Of a DNA stretch of 64,000 nucleotides, positions 8,526-17,849 are shown one piece after another. The stretch is from positions 134,811-198,810 of the forward strand of contig CAYJDA010000001.1 of NCBI GenBank assembly GCA_964368815.1, written 5' to 3'. This DNA comes from an uncultured Oscillospiraceae bacterium. GTDB lineage: Bacteria; Bacillota; Clostridia; Oscillospirales; Ruminococcaceae. The translations under genes and the position numbers were made by a program. The first letter of the stretch is position 1. The number at the start of each line of letters is the position of its first letter. Below the pieces are notes generated by a model that searched no databases, was not told the origin of the DNA, and was given only the letters and a program-made list of their open reading frames with translations.

Positions 8526-9779
8526 TTATTTTTGTTTTTCTTTTGCAACTGCCAACATTAGTTTAATTCGGTTTTCCTGATTCACCTTAGTTGCGCCTGG
8601 GTCATAATCGATAGCAACAATATTAGAGCCACTAAAAATGGAACGTATTTTTCTTATCATTCCTTTGCCTACTATATGATTTGGAAGACATCCGAAAGGC
8701 TGAGCGCAAACTATATTTTCGTATCCCTGTTCACAAAGCTCCAACATCTCTGCTGTAAGCAGCCAGCCTTCACCCATTTTATTTCCGTGTCCTACCACCC
8801 CGTCCACTAAATTTTTTAGATGTTTATATTCTCCGGGCGGTTGAAAATCCGGATGTCTTTTTACGGCAAAAATTACCGCCTCTTCTATCTTTAAAAAATA
8901 TCTCATCATTTTATTCATTACGGCTAACTTAACGGGATTTCCGCCGTATAATTTGATATCTTCAATACGGTTATCTAACTTAAAAATTAAAAACCCTATC
9001 AGGCCTGGAACCATTACTTCACAGCCTTGCGATACTAAGAAACGTTCGAGAGAGTTGTTTGCGAGTTCAGAATATTTTACATATATTTCCCCTACAACAC
9101 CAACCTTGATTTTATCAGTCTTTTCAATTTTAATAGCTGCAAAATAATCGGATATCAAAAGAAGGTTTTTCTTCATTTCTTTTAAAGAGAGACCTCTTTT
9201 ATTGTGAAACTCCTGCGATAGATGCTCTATCCAGTAATTTACCGCCTGCTGAGCTTCTCCTTTTTGCAGCTCGTATGGTTCAATTTGATTCTTTAATAAC
9301 ATCAAAAGGTCGCCATAAATAACACCGGATAAAGTTTTCCTAAGCATTGCAAAGGTGAATTTAAAACCACTGTTTTTTTCTAACCCTGAAAGGTTTAGTG
9401 ATATTACCGGCACATGTTTAAAACCTGCTTTAACCAGAGCTTTTCTTAGCAGATGAATGTAGTTAGACGCACGACAACCACCGCCTGTCTGTGTAATCAT
9501 TAAGGCGGTTTTATTTACATCATATTTCCCACTCTCTAATGCATCTATAAACTGTCCTATAACCAAAAGTGCAGGATAGCAGGTATCATTATGCACGTAT
9601 TTCAAACCACAATCCACAACCGATTTACCGGAGTTTTTCAAGATTTCAAGGTTGTATCCGTAGTCAAAAAATATTTTCTGTATAAAGGTAAAATGTATCG
9701 GTAGCATGTCCGGGACTAAAATCTTGTATTCCCGTTTCATCTCCTTAGTAAATTCCACTCTATGGGAAGTTTCTTGCAT
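8526..9779 (-). CDS. 2-hydroxyacyl-CoA dehydratase (HgdB/D-component)-like protein, partner of the upstream activase
   Basis: HNDTCYPALLVIGQFIDAL, TQTGGGCRASNY and AQPFGCLPNHIVGKG motifs are typical of the C-terminal module of 'CoA-substrate-specific enzyme activase' fusion proteins. Confidence 0.7.
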   Translation of the reverse strand: MQETSHRVEFTKEMKREYKILVPDMLPIHFTFIQKIFFDYGYNLEILKNSGKSVVDCGLKYVHNDTCYPALLVIGQFIDALESGKYDVNKTALMITQTGGGCRASNYIHLLRKALVKAGFKHVPVISLNLSGLEKNSGFKFTFAMLRKTLSGVIYGDLLMLLKNQIEPYELQKGEAQQAVNYWIEHLSQEFHNKRGLSLKEMKKNLLLISDYFAAIKIEKTDKIKVGVVGEIYVKYSELANNSLERFLVSQGCEVMVPGLIGFLIFKLDNRIEDIKLYGGNPVKLAVMNKMMRYFLKIEEAVIFAVKRHPDFQPPGEYKHLKNLVDGVVGHGNKMGEGWLLTAEMLELCEQGYENIVCAQPFGCLPNHIVGKGMIRKIRSIFSGSNIVAIDYDPGATKVNQENRIKLMLAVAKEKQK

Positions 9780-9808
9780 CTTTAGTTATAGTCCTTTCTT
9801 CACGGCTG

Positions 9809-12733
9809 TCAGTCTATTGTTGCCAATAGACTGCGAACCCTTATTTTTACAGCTCCAAGGTTGGTTATTTCATCAATTTTAATCTGGGTATAGATTCTTC
9901 CGGCACGATGTAAAATTGTTCGCACCTCATCGGTAGTAATCGCATCAACACCACAGCCGAAAGATACCAACTGTATAAGCTCCATATCCGGTTGAGTGTT
10001 TACATAGGCAGCGGCATCATACAGTCTTGTATGGTATGTCCATTGATTAAGCACCGATACCTGTACCGGTTTGGCCAGATGACTTACCGTGTCTTCAGTT
10101 ATTAACGCCACATTGCAGGAGCAAATTAGTTTATCTATCCCGTGGTTGACCTCCGGGTCAAGGTGGTAGGGGCGACCTGCTAACACAATAATTTTGCGTG
10201 ATTCCTTTTTTGCCCTATCAATTATTGCCATAGCTGCAATTCTGCAACGTTCAAAAAAATAGTCTCGTTCTGTAAATGCAGATTTCACGGCTTTTTTTAT
10301 CTCGGTTAACGGTATTTCACCAAAATGCTGTGCAAGGATTTTTTGTATCTTCACCGCAAAATCTTTTCTACGGTGCACACCTATGTAATCATATATATAC
10401 TTCATGTTGTCCATTGCCGGAATATTAGCATGAACTACCTCGGGGTAATATGCAACAACGGGACAGTTGTAATGATTATCCCCTCTTCCCTCGTCTATGT
10501 TATATGTCATACAAGGATAGAAAATTGCATCAACATTGAGTGGTATTAATCTCTCGATATGTCCATGAACCAACTTTGCCGGATAACACACCGTATCAGA
10601 AGGAATAGTGTGCTGCCCTTGGGTGTATAACTTCCTGTCCGAGAATCCACTGCAAACCGGCTCAAAGCCAAGTTCCTCAAAAAACTTGTGCCAAAACGGA
10701 TATAGTTCGTACATGTTTAAGACTAAAGGAATTCCTATGCGCCCTCGACGATTAGGAACTTTTTTATCCATGTATTCCTTAATAATATTTAATTTAAAGG
10801 AATACAAATTAAATTCGTCATTTTGCGAATCGCCTCCAACAATCGGCTTTTCACATCGATTACCGCCTATAGATTTTCTACCATTATTAAAGGAATTCAC
10901 GGTTAATGCACAGTTGTTAGTGCATCGTTTACAGACTACCGATTTAACGGTATGGGTAAAATCCACGAGTTGTTCTTTACTTAAAATTGTGCTGCTTCCT
11001 TCGGAGTGCTTTTTTGCATGAAGTGCCGCACCGTAAGCCCCCATCATTCCGGAAATATTTGGTCTTATAACGTTTGCTCCAATTTCAAGTTCAAAGGCAC
11101 GCAGAACTGCATCATTTAAAAAAGTGCCACCCTGTACCACAATGTTCTCACCAAGCTCGGAGGCCGACACAGCACGTATTACCTTATATAATGCATTTTT
11201 CACCACACTCACCGAAAGACCTGCCGAAATATTTTCCACCGACGCCCCATCCTTTTGAGCCTGTTTAACCGATGAGTTCATAAATACCGTACAGCGAGAG
11301 CCAAGGTCTACCGGTGCGTCAGCAAAAAGTCCGAGCCTTGCGAACTCCTCGGTACTGTATCCGAGAACAGAGGCAAAGCTTTGCAAAAATGAACCACAGC
11401 CCGACGAACATGCCTCATTTAAAAATATGTCATCGATCGCTCCATCTTTTATTCTAAAACACTTCATGTCCTGACCGCCAATGTCGATAATAAAATCCAC
11501 ATTGTTGTTAAACTTTTTCGCTGCATTAAAATGGGCTACCGTCTCTACAATTCCAATGTCTAAAGCAAAGGCTTGTTTTATCATCTCCTCGCCGTATCCT
11601 GTTACCGCCCCGCCACAGACCTTAACGGCAGGAAATTCGACATAAAACTCCTCTAAAAAGCCCTTTATCATTCTCACCGGATTGCCTTCGTTGGAGCTAT
11701 ACCTTGTGAAAAGAAGTTCATCATTTTCATTTATTGCAACCATCTTAACGGTCGTAGATCCGGCATCAATTCCGATATAGGCATTCTTATTATACTGTCT
11801 ATCCTTATTTTCATTAACCACAGCTAATTCATGACGCTTAACAAACTCGTCATAACTCTGTTGATTAAGGAACAATGGGGAGGTTTTTGTATAGTTTTGT
11901 GTGTAGGTGCTTTTCGTGATATTACCGTGTAGTTCTTTCAGGGTCATTGTAGTTTGTGCTAACATGGCGGTTCCCATAGCCACATAATAAAGCGAATTAT
12001 CAGGACATAGCCCTTTTATCGATAAAATTTCATCAAAACTCTCTCGCAACATATTCATAAAGGTTAGCGGTCCGCCAAGATACACTACATTTCCGTTTAT
12101 TTCCCGGCCCTGCGCAAGGCCTGCCACAGTCTGGTTCACCACGGCATGAAAAATACTAGCCGAAATATCTTCTCGATTTGCACCCTGATTAAGTAGCGGC
12201 TGAATATCCGACTTTGCGAAAACTCCACACCTTGATGCTACCGAATAAATTTTATTGTGCTGTTTTGCTAACTCGTTCATTTCCTGAGGAGTTATATGTA
12301 ATAATGTCGCCATCTGGTCAATAAATGCTCCTGTACCACCGGCACAAGAACCGTTCATTCTAACCTCTAATCCACCGTTTAGAAATAAGAGTTTTGCATC
12401 TTCACCACCCAGTTCAATAACAACATCTACATCCTTGGTGAGCCTGTCGATTGCAACCTTTGTAGCATAAACTTCCTGAATGAAGTCTACACAAAGTGTT
12501 TCGGCAATACCCATTCCGGCAGAACCTGATATAGCTATTGCTATACTGTCGTCATCAGATATTAATTTTTTCAGTCCCTCGATTGCTTTTGAAAGTTTTT
12601 CCGTTATCATGGAAAGATGTCTTTCGTAGCTACTAAACAACAAATTGTTTTGATCGTCAAGTAGGACACATTTTAATGTAGTGGAACCTATGTCGATTCC
12701 AAGCTTTAAGTTTTTTGAGTTCATTGTTACCAT
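9809..12733 (-). CDS. Tandem BcrAD/BadFG-type ATPase ('CoA enzyme activase') fused to a Cys-rich linker and a DUF2229-like domain
   Basis: Two ASKHA ATPase starts, LGIDIGSTTLKCVLLD (aa ~10) and IGIDAGSTTVKMVAIN (aa ~320), each followed by IELGGED/IDIGGQD phosphate-2 motifs. Cys cluster CKRCTNNCALTV...GGNRCEKP. Then DTVCYPAKLVHGH... in the dehydratase-like region. Confidence 0.8.
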   Translation of the reverse strand: MVTMNSKNLKLGIDIGSTTLKCVLLDDQNNLLFSSYERHLSMITEKLSKAIEGLKKLISDDDSIAIAISGSAGMGIAETLCVDFIQEVYATKVAIDRLTKDVDVVIELGGEDAKLLFLNGGLEVRMNGSCAGGTGAFIDQMATLLHITPQEMNELAKQHNKIYSVASRCGVFAKSDIQPLLNQGANREDISASIFHAVVNQTVAGLAQGREINGNVVYLGGPLTFMNMLRESFDEILSIKGLCPDNSLYYVAMGTAMLAQTTMTLKELHGNITKSTYTQNYTKTSPLFLNQQSYDEFVKRHELAVVNENKDRQYNKNAYIGIDAGSTTVKMVAINENDELLFTRYSSNEGNPVRMIKGFLEEFYVEFPAVKVCGGAVTGYGEEMIKQAFALDIGIVETVAHFNAAKKFNNNVDFIIDIGGQDMKCFRIKDGAIDDIFLNEACSSGCGSFLQSFASVLGYSTEEFARLGLFADAPVDLGSRCTVFMNSSVKQAQKDGASVENISAGLSVSVVKNALYKVIRAVSASELGENIVVQGGTFLNDAVLRAFELEIGANVIRPNISGMMGAYGAALHAKKHSEGSSTILSKEQLVDFTHTVKSVVCKRCTNNCALTVNSFNNGRKSIGGNRCEKPIVGGDSQNDEFNLYSFKLNIIKEYMDKKVPNRRGRIGIPLVLNMYELYPFWHKFFEELGFEPVCSGFSDRKLYTQGQHTIPSDTVCYPAKLVHGHIERLIPLNVDAIFYPCMTYNIDEGRGDNHYNCPVVAYYPEVVHANIPAMDNMKYIYDYIGVHRRKDFAVKIQKILAQHFGEIPLTEIKKAVKSAFTERDYFFERCRIAAMAIIDRAKKESRKIIVLAGRPYHLDPEVNHGIDKLICSCNVALITEDTVSHLAKPVQVSVLNQWTYHTRLYDAAAYVNTQPDMELIQLVSFGCGVDAITTDEVRTILHRAGRIYTQIKIDEITNLGAVKIRVRSLLATID

Positions 12734-12893
12734 TTAAATAAAGAGTTATTGAAAAATAAATATACCATTAATTCTACTCTTTTTTCACTGCTAAGTCAAT
12801 AAAAAAAAAGGGCATATCATGTTTTAACCACGTCAAAAACATCATTTTTGCCTAAAAACTCTTAAGTTTCATTAAAATAACACAAAAAAAATG

Positions 12894-12923
12894 TTGACTT
12901 AATAACTATTTAAGTAGTAGAAT
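12894..12923 (+). promoter_or_regulatory. sigmaA-like promoter (TTGACT-18-TAGAAT) for the ABC/GldG/DUF4340 operon
   Basis: TTGACT at 12894-12899, an 18-nt spacer, TAGAAT at 12918-12923, about 90 nt upstream of the ATG at 13013. Confidence 0.5.
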
Positions 12924-13012
12924 ATTAAACATAGTGTTTAAAAATAATGACGTTTCCATAATTATGGTTATTTGTCACGAATTATTAGAAAGGATTAATT
13001 TGGTGAAAAAAT

Positions 13013-14035
13013 ATGATTGAGGTCATAAACCTTGTCAAAAGATATGGACCAAAAAAAGCCGTATCAGACATTAGCTTCGAAATAAAGGATGGTGAGATAG
13101 TTGGCTTTCTCGGCCCGAACGGTGCCGGAAAAAGTACTACTATGAATATCATTACCGGATATCTTTCGGCTACAGAAGGAACTGTAAAAATTGACGGTAT
13201 TGATGTGTTAGATGATCCTATCGGGGTTAAAAAGAGAATTGGATATCTTCCCGAGCAACCTCCTTTATACATGGATATGACTGTAGAGGAATATCTTGAT
13301 TTCGTCTATGAGTTAAAAAAAGTTGCCATGGATAACCGCCAAACACATATTGACGATGTGTGTGCCCAGGTTGGAATCGAAGCAGTTTATAAAAGAGTAA
13401 TAAAAAACCTCTCTAAAGGTTACAAGCAACGCGTTGGTCTTGCATCAGCACTTATCGGGGATCCTGATACATTAATACTGGACGAGCCAACAGTTGGTCT
13501 TGACCCTATTCAAATAATTGAAATTCGAAATGTTATTAAAAAACTTGGTAAAAAGAGAACTGTTATTCTATCTAGCCATATTTTGCCTGAAGTTCAGGCC
13601 GTTTGCGAGCGTGTACTTGTTATAAGTAATGGAGTTATTGTTGCCGACAATACACCGGAAAACCTTTCCAATGCTCTAACAGGCGCCCACCGTATTTCCA
13701 TGAGAATAAAGGGCACTGAAAAGGCAATTGAATCGGTCATCAAGTCTACCGATAATGTAAAAACCGTCAACTGTGGTGGCGAACGAGAAGATGGCGTTTT
13801 TGAATTTTTCATAGAATCGGACGAAGGAGTAGATGTAAGAGAACGCTTGTTCTTCGCTTTAGCTAAGGCAGGATTCCCCATCATGTCTCTCGCCTCCATG
13901 AATCTAACACTTGAAGATATATTCTTGAAGCTTACCACAGAGGAAGCCGACGCAATTACAGGCGCTTCGGAAATAGAGACTGTTGTTGATGATGAAACGG
14001 TAGAAATTACAGACACCAATAAGGAGGAGGAATAA
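13013..14035 (+). CDS. ABC transporter ATP-binding protein (GldA-like, ABC-2 subfamily)
   Basis: Walker A GPNGAGKST, signature LSKGYKQRVGLASAL, Walker B LILDEPTVGLDP, H-loop SSHIL, plus an acidic C-terminal tail. Confidence 0.9.
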   Translation: MIEVINLVKRYGPKKAVSDISFEIKDGEIVGFLGPNGAGKSTTMNIITGYLSATEGTVKIDGIDVLDDPIGVKKRIGYLPEQPPLYMDMTVEEYLDFVYELKKVAMDNRQTHIDDVCAQVGIEAVYKRVIKNLSKGYKQRVGLASALIGDPDTLILDEPTVGLDPIQIIEIRNVIKKLGKKRTVILSSHILPEVQAVCERVLVISNGVIVADNTPENLSNALTGAHRISMRIKGTEKAIESVIKSTDNVKTVNCGGEREDGVFEFFIESDEGVDVRERLFFALAKAGFPIMSLASMNLTLEDIFLKLTTEEADAITGASEIETVVDDETVEITDTNKEEE

Positions 14036-14755
14036 ATGTTAGCAGTATTTAAACGTGATTTTCGCAGCTTTTTCACTTCCCCACTCGGCTATGTAATATG
14101 TGCTGCTTTTGCGCTCATAACATATGTATTGTTTTTCCTGTTTAACCTGTCGGGACTATTTACGGGATATCCAACCAGTAATGTATCTGAATTGTTTTAT
14201 TTCTTAATATTAATTTTGATGCTTGGAGTTCCTATTTTAACCATGAAATTGTTGTCGGACGAGGCCAGGCATAAAACAGATCAATTGTTACTAACCAGCC
14301 CTATCAGTGTTGTTGATATTGTTGTTGGAAAATACCTCGCTGCCATGGGAGTCGTCGCCATAGCCTTGCTTGCAACCTTTGGTGTTCCGCTGATCATTTC
14401 TATTTTTGGCTCTCCTGCCTCCTGGCAAATTTTTGCAAACTATCTTATGCTGATACTTGGAATAGCTACCTTTGTTGCAATTGGGTTATTTGTTTCTTCT
14501 CTCACCGAAAGCCAGGTTATTGCTGCAATAATAAGTTATGCCATACTGTTTACAATTTATATACTGCAGTTTGTTGTAAGCATTATTTACGTTCCGGTTG
14601 TTAAGGACATTTTTAACTGGCTATCTGTTTTTTCAAGATTTACAAACATTACAAACGGCATTTTGTCGTTATCAGATATAGTTTATTTCATAAGTATCAT
14701 AGTGGTATTTTTATTTCTTACCACCCGTGTGCTTGAAAAGAAACGTTGGGCATAG
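14036..14755 (+). CDS. ABC-2 type permease (GldF-like)
   Basis: Abuts the ATPase gene (its stop is immediately followed by the ATG). About 6 hydrophobic helices. N-terminal FKRDFRSFFTSPLGYV is typical of ABC-2 permeases. Confidence 0.8.
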   Translation: MLAVFKRDFRSFFTSPLGYVICAAFALITYVLFFLFNLSGLFTGYPTSNVSELFYFLILILMLGVPILTMKLLSDEARHKTDQLLLTSPISVVDIVVGKYLAAMGVVAIALLATFGVPLIISIFGSPASWQIFANYLMLILGIATFVAIGLFVSSLTESQVIAAIISYAILFTIYILQFVVSIIYVPVVKDIFNWLSVFSRFTNITNGILSLSDIVYFISIIVVFLFLTTRVLEKKRWA

Positions 14756-14767
14756 AGGAGAATAATT

Positions 14768-16231
14768 ATGAAAAAATTGTTTAATACAAGAAAATTTAAA
14801 TATGGAAGCCTTTCGATAATATTTGCAGTCGTTTTTATTGCAATTGTTATAGTACTGAATCTTGTTGTAGAATCTATTACCGAACGATTCAGCCTAACTC
14901 AGGATATTACTACGGATGGAATTTATACAATTTCAGATACAACCAAGGATATGCTTAACAATCTATCAGAAAATGTTTCTGTATATATAATGATGACACA
15001 AGAGCAAGCCGAAGCCAATTCCGGATTTAAAGAAGCTAACGAAGTTTTAAAAAGAATGGTATCTCAATCCGGTTCTATGATGAGTATAGAGTATGTCGAT
15101 TTAACTACTAACCCGAGCTTTCGCAACAATTTTTCTTCACCGGACAGTGTAGTTCCCGGTAGCATTATTATGAAAAGTTCTAAGCGTGATATTGTTATAG
15201 ATGTTAACGACCTTTACTCTTCAAGCTATGACTTTCAGACAGGTGAGAGTTATACATCAGGATATCAGGCAGACCAGAAATTCGCATCTTCCCTTCACTA
15301 TGTAACTACCGAGGATATACCAAATGTTGCATTTATTACCGGACATGGTGAAACGCTAACAAATGAACCCTTTAATGATATTTTCAGTAATAATAGCTAT
15401 GCCATTTCAGAAATTGAGCTTCTTAGCGAAGACATTCCGGAAGATATCGATATGTTGGTTATATATGCCCCAACATCCGATTTTTCTGAGGGTGAAATTG
15501 AAAAGTTAAACGAATATCTCACACGCCCGGTTAACAATAACCTTATAATGATAAACTCTCCCGAAATGTCGTCACTTGAAAGACTTAACCGCTATATGTC
15601 GGAGTGGGGTGTATCTGCCGGCTCAAACCTTGTTGTAGATCCCGAAAGAGCATACGGTGCTGACCCAACCAGTATTATATCCGAAATGGTGAGTCATGAG
15701 ATAACAGACGATATAATAAATAGCGGTGTCGCAAATGTTGTTGTCCCGCTTGCAACCGATATTGAGGTAGTATACGAGCAGGATAACTATCGTTCAACCG
15801 CAGTATTAATGCAGTCTTCTGATACTTCATACGGTAAAGACTTTTCCTCCGAAACTGCAATAGAGGATTTAACACAAGCCTCCGGTGATGCACAGGGGCC
15901 CTTCCCGTTAATGGTACTCAGCACTGATTATCAGTATATTAAAAATGAGAGCACTACACATAACGTACTGTTTGTTGCTTCGGCATATATGGTTGCTTCC
16001 TCCTTACTTGAGGACCCCTCTTTTCAAAATGCTAATATTATCACCTCATCTTTAGACTTTATGAACCCATCGGTTGATGCGGTAATTGTTGAGCCGGTTG
16101 AATTTAGTAGTCCGGTATTAAATCTTGTTGGTAACCAGGCAATAACAATATTAATTATATTTGCAGTGATACTCCCTCTTTGTTTTATAGGCCTTGGTAT
16201 CTTTGTGTTTATTAGGAGAAAAAATAAATAA
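14768..16231 (+). CDS. GldG-like ABC transporter auxiliary component (ABC_transp_aux-type), bitopic at both ends
   Basis: N-terminal TM (LSIIFAVVFIAIVIVLNLVV) and C-terminal TM (ITILIIFAVILPLCFIGLGIFVFI), with a large extracytoplasmic domain including FITGHGE. The architecture matches the GldG family. Confidence 0.65.
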   Translation: MKKLFNTRKFKYGSLSIIFAVVFIAIVIVLNLVVESITERFSLTQDITTDGIYTISDTTKDMLNNLSENVSVYIMMTQEQAEANSGFKEANEVLKRMVSQSGSMMSIEYVDLTTNPSFRNNFSSPDSVVPGSIIMKSSKRDIVIDVNDLYSSSYDFQTGESYTSGYQADQKFASSLHYVTTEDIPNVAFITGHGETLTNEPFNDIFSNNSYAISEIELLSEDIPEDIDMLVIYAPTSDFSEGEIEKLNEYLTRPVNNNLIMINSPEMSSLERLNRYMSEWGVSAGSNLVVDPERAYGADPTSIISEMVSHEITDDIINSGVANVVVPLATDIEVVYEQDNYRSTAVLMQSSDTSYGKDFSSETAIEDLTQASGDAQGPFPLMVLSTDYQYIKNESTTHNVLFVASAYMVASSLLEDPSFQNANIITSSLDFMNPSVDAVIVEPVEFSSPVLNLVGNQAITILIIFAVILPLCFIGLGIFVFIRRKNK

Positions 16232-17790
16232 TGAAAAAATATAAGGGACTAATCGTTTCCGGTGGAGTTTTGGCAATAGTTCTTATTGCTTACTTCATAA
16301 TAACTTCTATACCGCAAGAGGTAGAACAAGCACCTTCATCTGAAGCAGTTACCTCCACACCGGAAGTAAATTACCTTGTGAAGATTGATGAAGAAAACAT
16401 TAAATCTGTTACCATTGAAGCAGAAAAGAGTTTTTCTATAAATGCCGAGTCTGCTACCGTTGAAGATGAAGACGGTGAATCACAGACAGTAATAGAATAT
16501 AGCCTTGCAGAGCCAAAGGATGTTGCATATTTAACTGATGAATTTGGTGATGCGGCTAGGGCTCTTAGTAGAATAATGATTGATGCAGACCCGGTTGCAT
16601 CTGATAACCATTCGGAGTATGGTCTTGATACTCCCGCTGCGGTGGTTACTGTAAATCATTCATCCGGTTCCACAGTTTACGAAGTTGGCGACCTTGCCCC
16701 GGGTGAATCAGACTATTATGCAAAACTTGCCGACAGTGATGATGTTTGGTTGATTTCTGCTTCAACTGCTAAGTATGCATTGGAAGGCGAATGGCAATTT
16801 CGAGACAAATTTTTATTTGGATTTGCCGAAGGCGAAGAATACAGTGCAGTAGAATCCTTCATCTTAGAACGTGAAGGACAGGAAACGATCGAATTAGCAT
16901 TACTTGAGAGCGCCGGCGATGAATTCAGTTCGGTTTATGAACTGATTGCTCCGTTAAATCACGATGCAAATGATACAGTGTTTGTGGATTCTATTGTAAA
17001 TAACCTCAGCTCATTAGAATACTCTGATATAATTGAAGATCATCCACAAGATCTTGAGAAGTACGGTATTTTTAATACTGCAGATGAGCAGACGGAGCCT
17101 GCTCCCGAGTCGACAGATGAAAATGCAGAATCAAACACGGATGAAGTTAACGACGAAGCCGCTACAGTAGACGAAGTTATTGCATCCAATAATCAACCAC
17201 TTGCACGAATTACAATTAACGATGATTTAATAATAACCCTGGGAGATTTTACTGATGAAACAGAGAGTTATTATTATGCAAGCGTTTCGGGTATTGATTC
17301 CGTTGTTACCTTCCCTGCCTCCTACTTCCCGTATTTAGATATTAAATACGTTGACCTAATGTCATCCTTAATGTGGCTACACAATATCGTGGATGCCGAG
17401 AGTGTTAATATAGCTACACCTTCCGGTGAGCACACATTAGTATTTAATCACATGGTAAATCCGGACGATGAGGAGGACACCTGGATGGAACCAACCCTTG
17501 ACGGTGAGGAAATAGAGGAAGACTTTGCTAAGGATATTTATCTGTCTTTATTATCAGTTACACTATCTAACATTATCGAGGAAGATCCTGAGGTTGGTGA
17601 AATCGAATATACTTTAACTATTAATATGTTAAACTCAGATAGCTTTACTATGGAGTTTTATCGCATTAATGAGCGACAGTATGGAACAATTAAAGATGGT
17701 CAACCACTACCCTTCTATGTAAACATCGACCTTCTCACCTATATTGAGCAACTCATTGCTGACATTAAATCAGGTGTGCACGAATCATAA
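16231..17790 (+). CDS. DUF4340-like membrane-anchored extracytoplasmic protein
   Basis: Its start overlaps the upstream stop (TAATG at 16229-16233). It has a single N-terminal TM, then an acidic repetitive ectodomain. A GldG + DUF4340 pairing is a recurrent arrangement. The domain call is by gene context and architecture, not by alignment. Confidence 0.5.
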   Translation: MKKYKGLIVSGGVLAIVLIAYFIITSIPQEVEQAPSSEAVTSTPEVNYLVKIDEENIKSVTIEAEKSFSINAESATVEDEDGESQTVIEYSLAEPKDVAYLTDEFGDAARALSRIMIDADPVASDNHSEYGLDTPAAVVTVNHSSGSTVYEVGDLAPGESDYYAKLADSDDVWLISASTAKYALEGEWQFRDKFLFGFAEGEEYSAVESFILEREGQETIELALLESAGDEFSSVYELIAPLNHDANDTVFVDSIVNNLSSLEYSDIIEDHPQDLEKYGIFNTADEQTEPAPESTDENAESNTDEVNDEAATVDEVIASNNQPLARITINDDLIITLGDFTDETESYYYASVSGIDSVVTFPASYFPYLDIKYVDLMSSLMWLHNIVDAESVNIATPSGEHTLVFNHMVNPDDEEDTWMEPTLDGEEIEEDFAKDIYLSLLSVTLSNIIEEDPEVGEIEYTLTINMLNSDSFTMEFYRINERQYGTIKDGQPLPFYVNIDLLTYIEQLIADIKSGVHES

Positions 17791-17798
17791 TTAATATT

Positions 17799-17825
17799 GA
17801 GGCTGTTGATTTTATCGACAGCCTC
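17799..17825 (+). terminator. Weak hairpin after the DUF4340 gene (possible attenuating terminator)
   Basis: GAGGCTGT-N11-ACAGCCTC 8-bp stem, but no T-run follows (TAATACAAT). Confidence 0.3.
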
Positions 17826-17849
17826 TAATACAATAACGGAGGTTTAGTT

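Noticed and set aside
13594-14076. 160-aa minus-strand ORF over the 3' end of the ABC ATPase gene. Many similar 60-150-aa ORFs appear in the track, for example 10608-11021, 23083-23520, 28570-28938, 35995-36351, 52398-52859 and 56750-57124.
   Set aside because: All of them are embedded antisense or out of frame in genes with strong family motifs. None has a convincing RBS or a recognisable domain.
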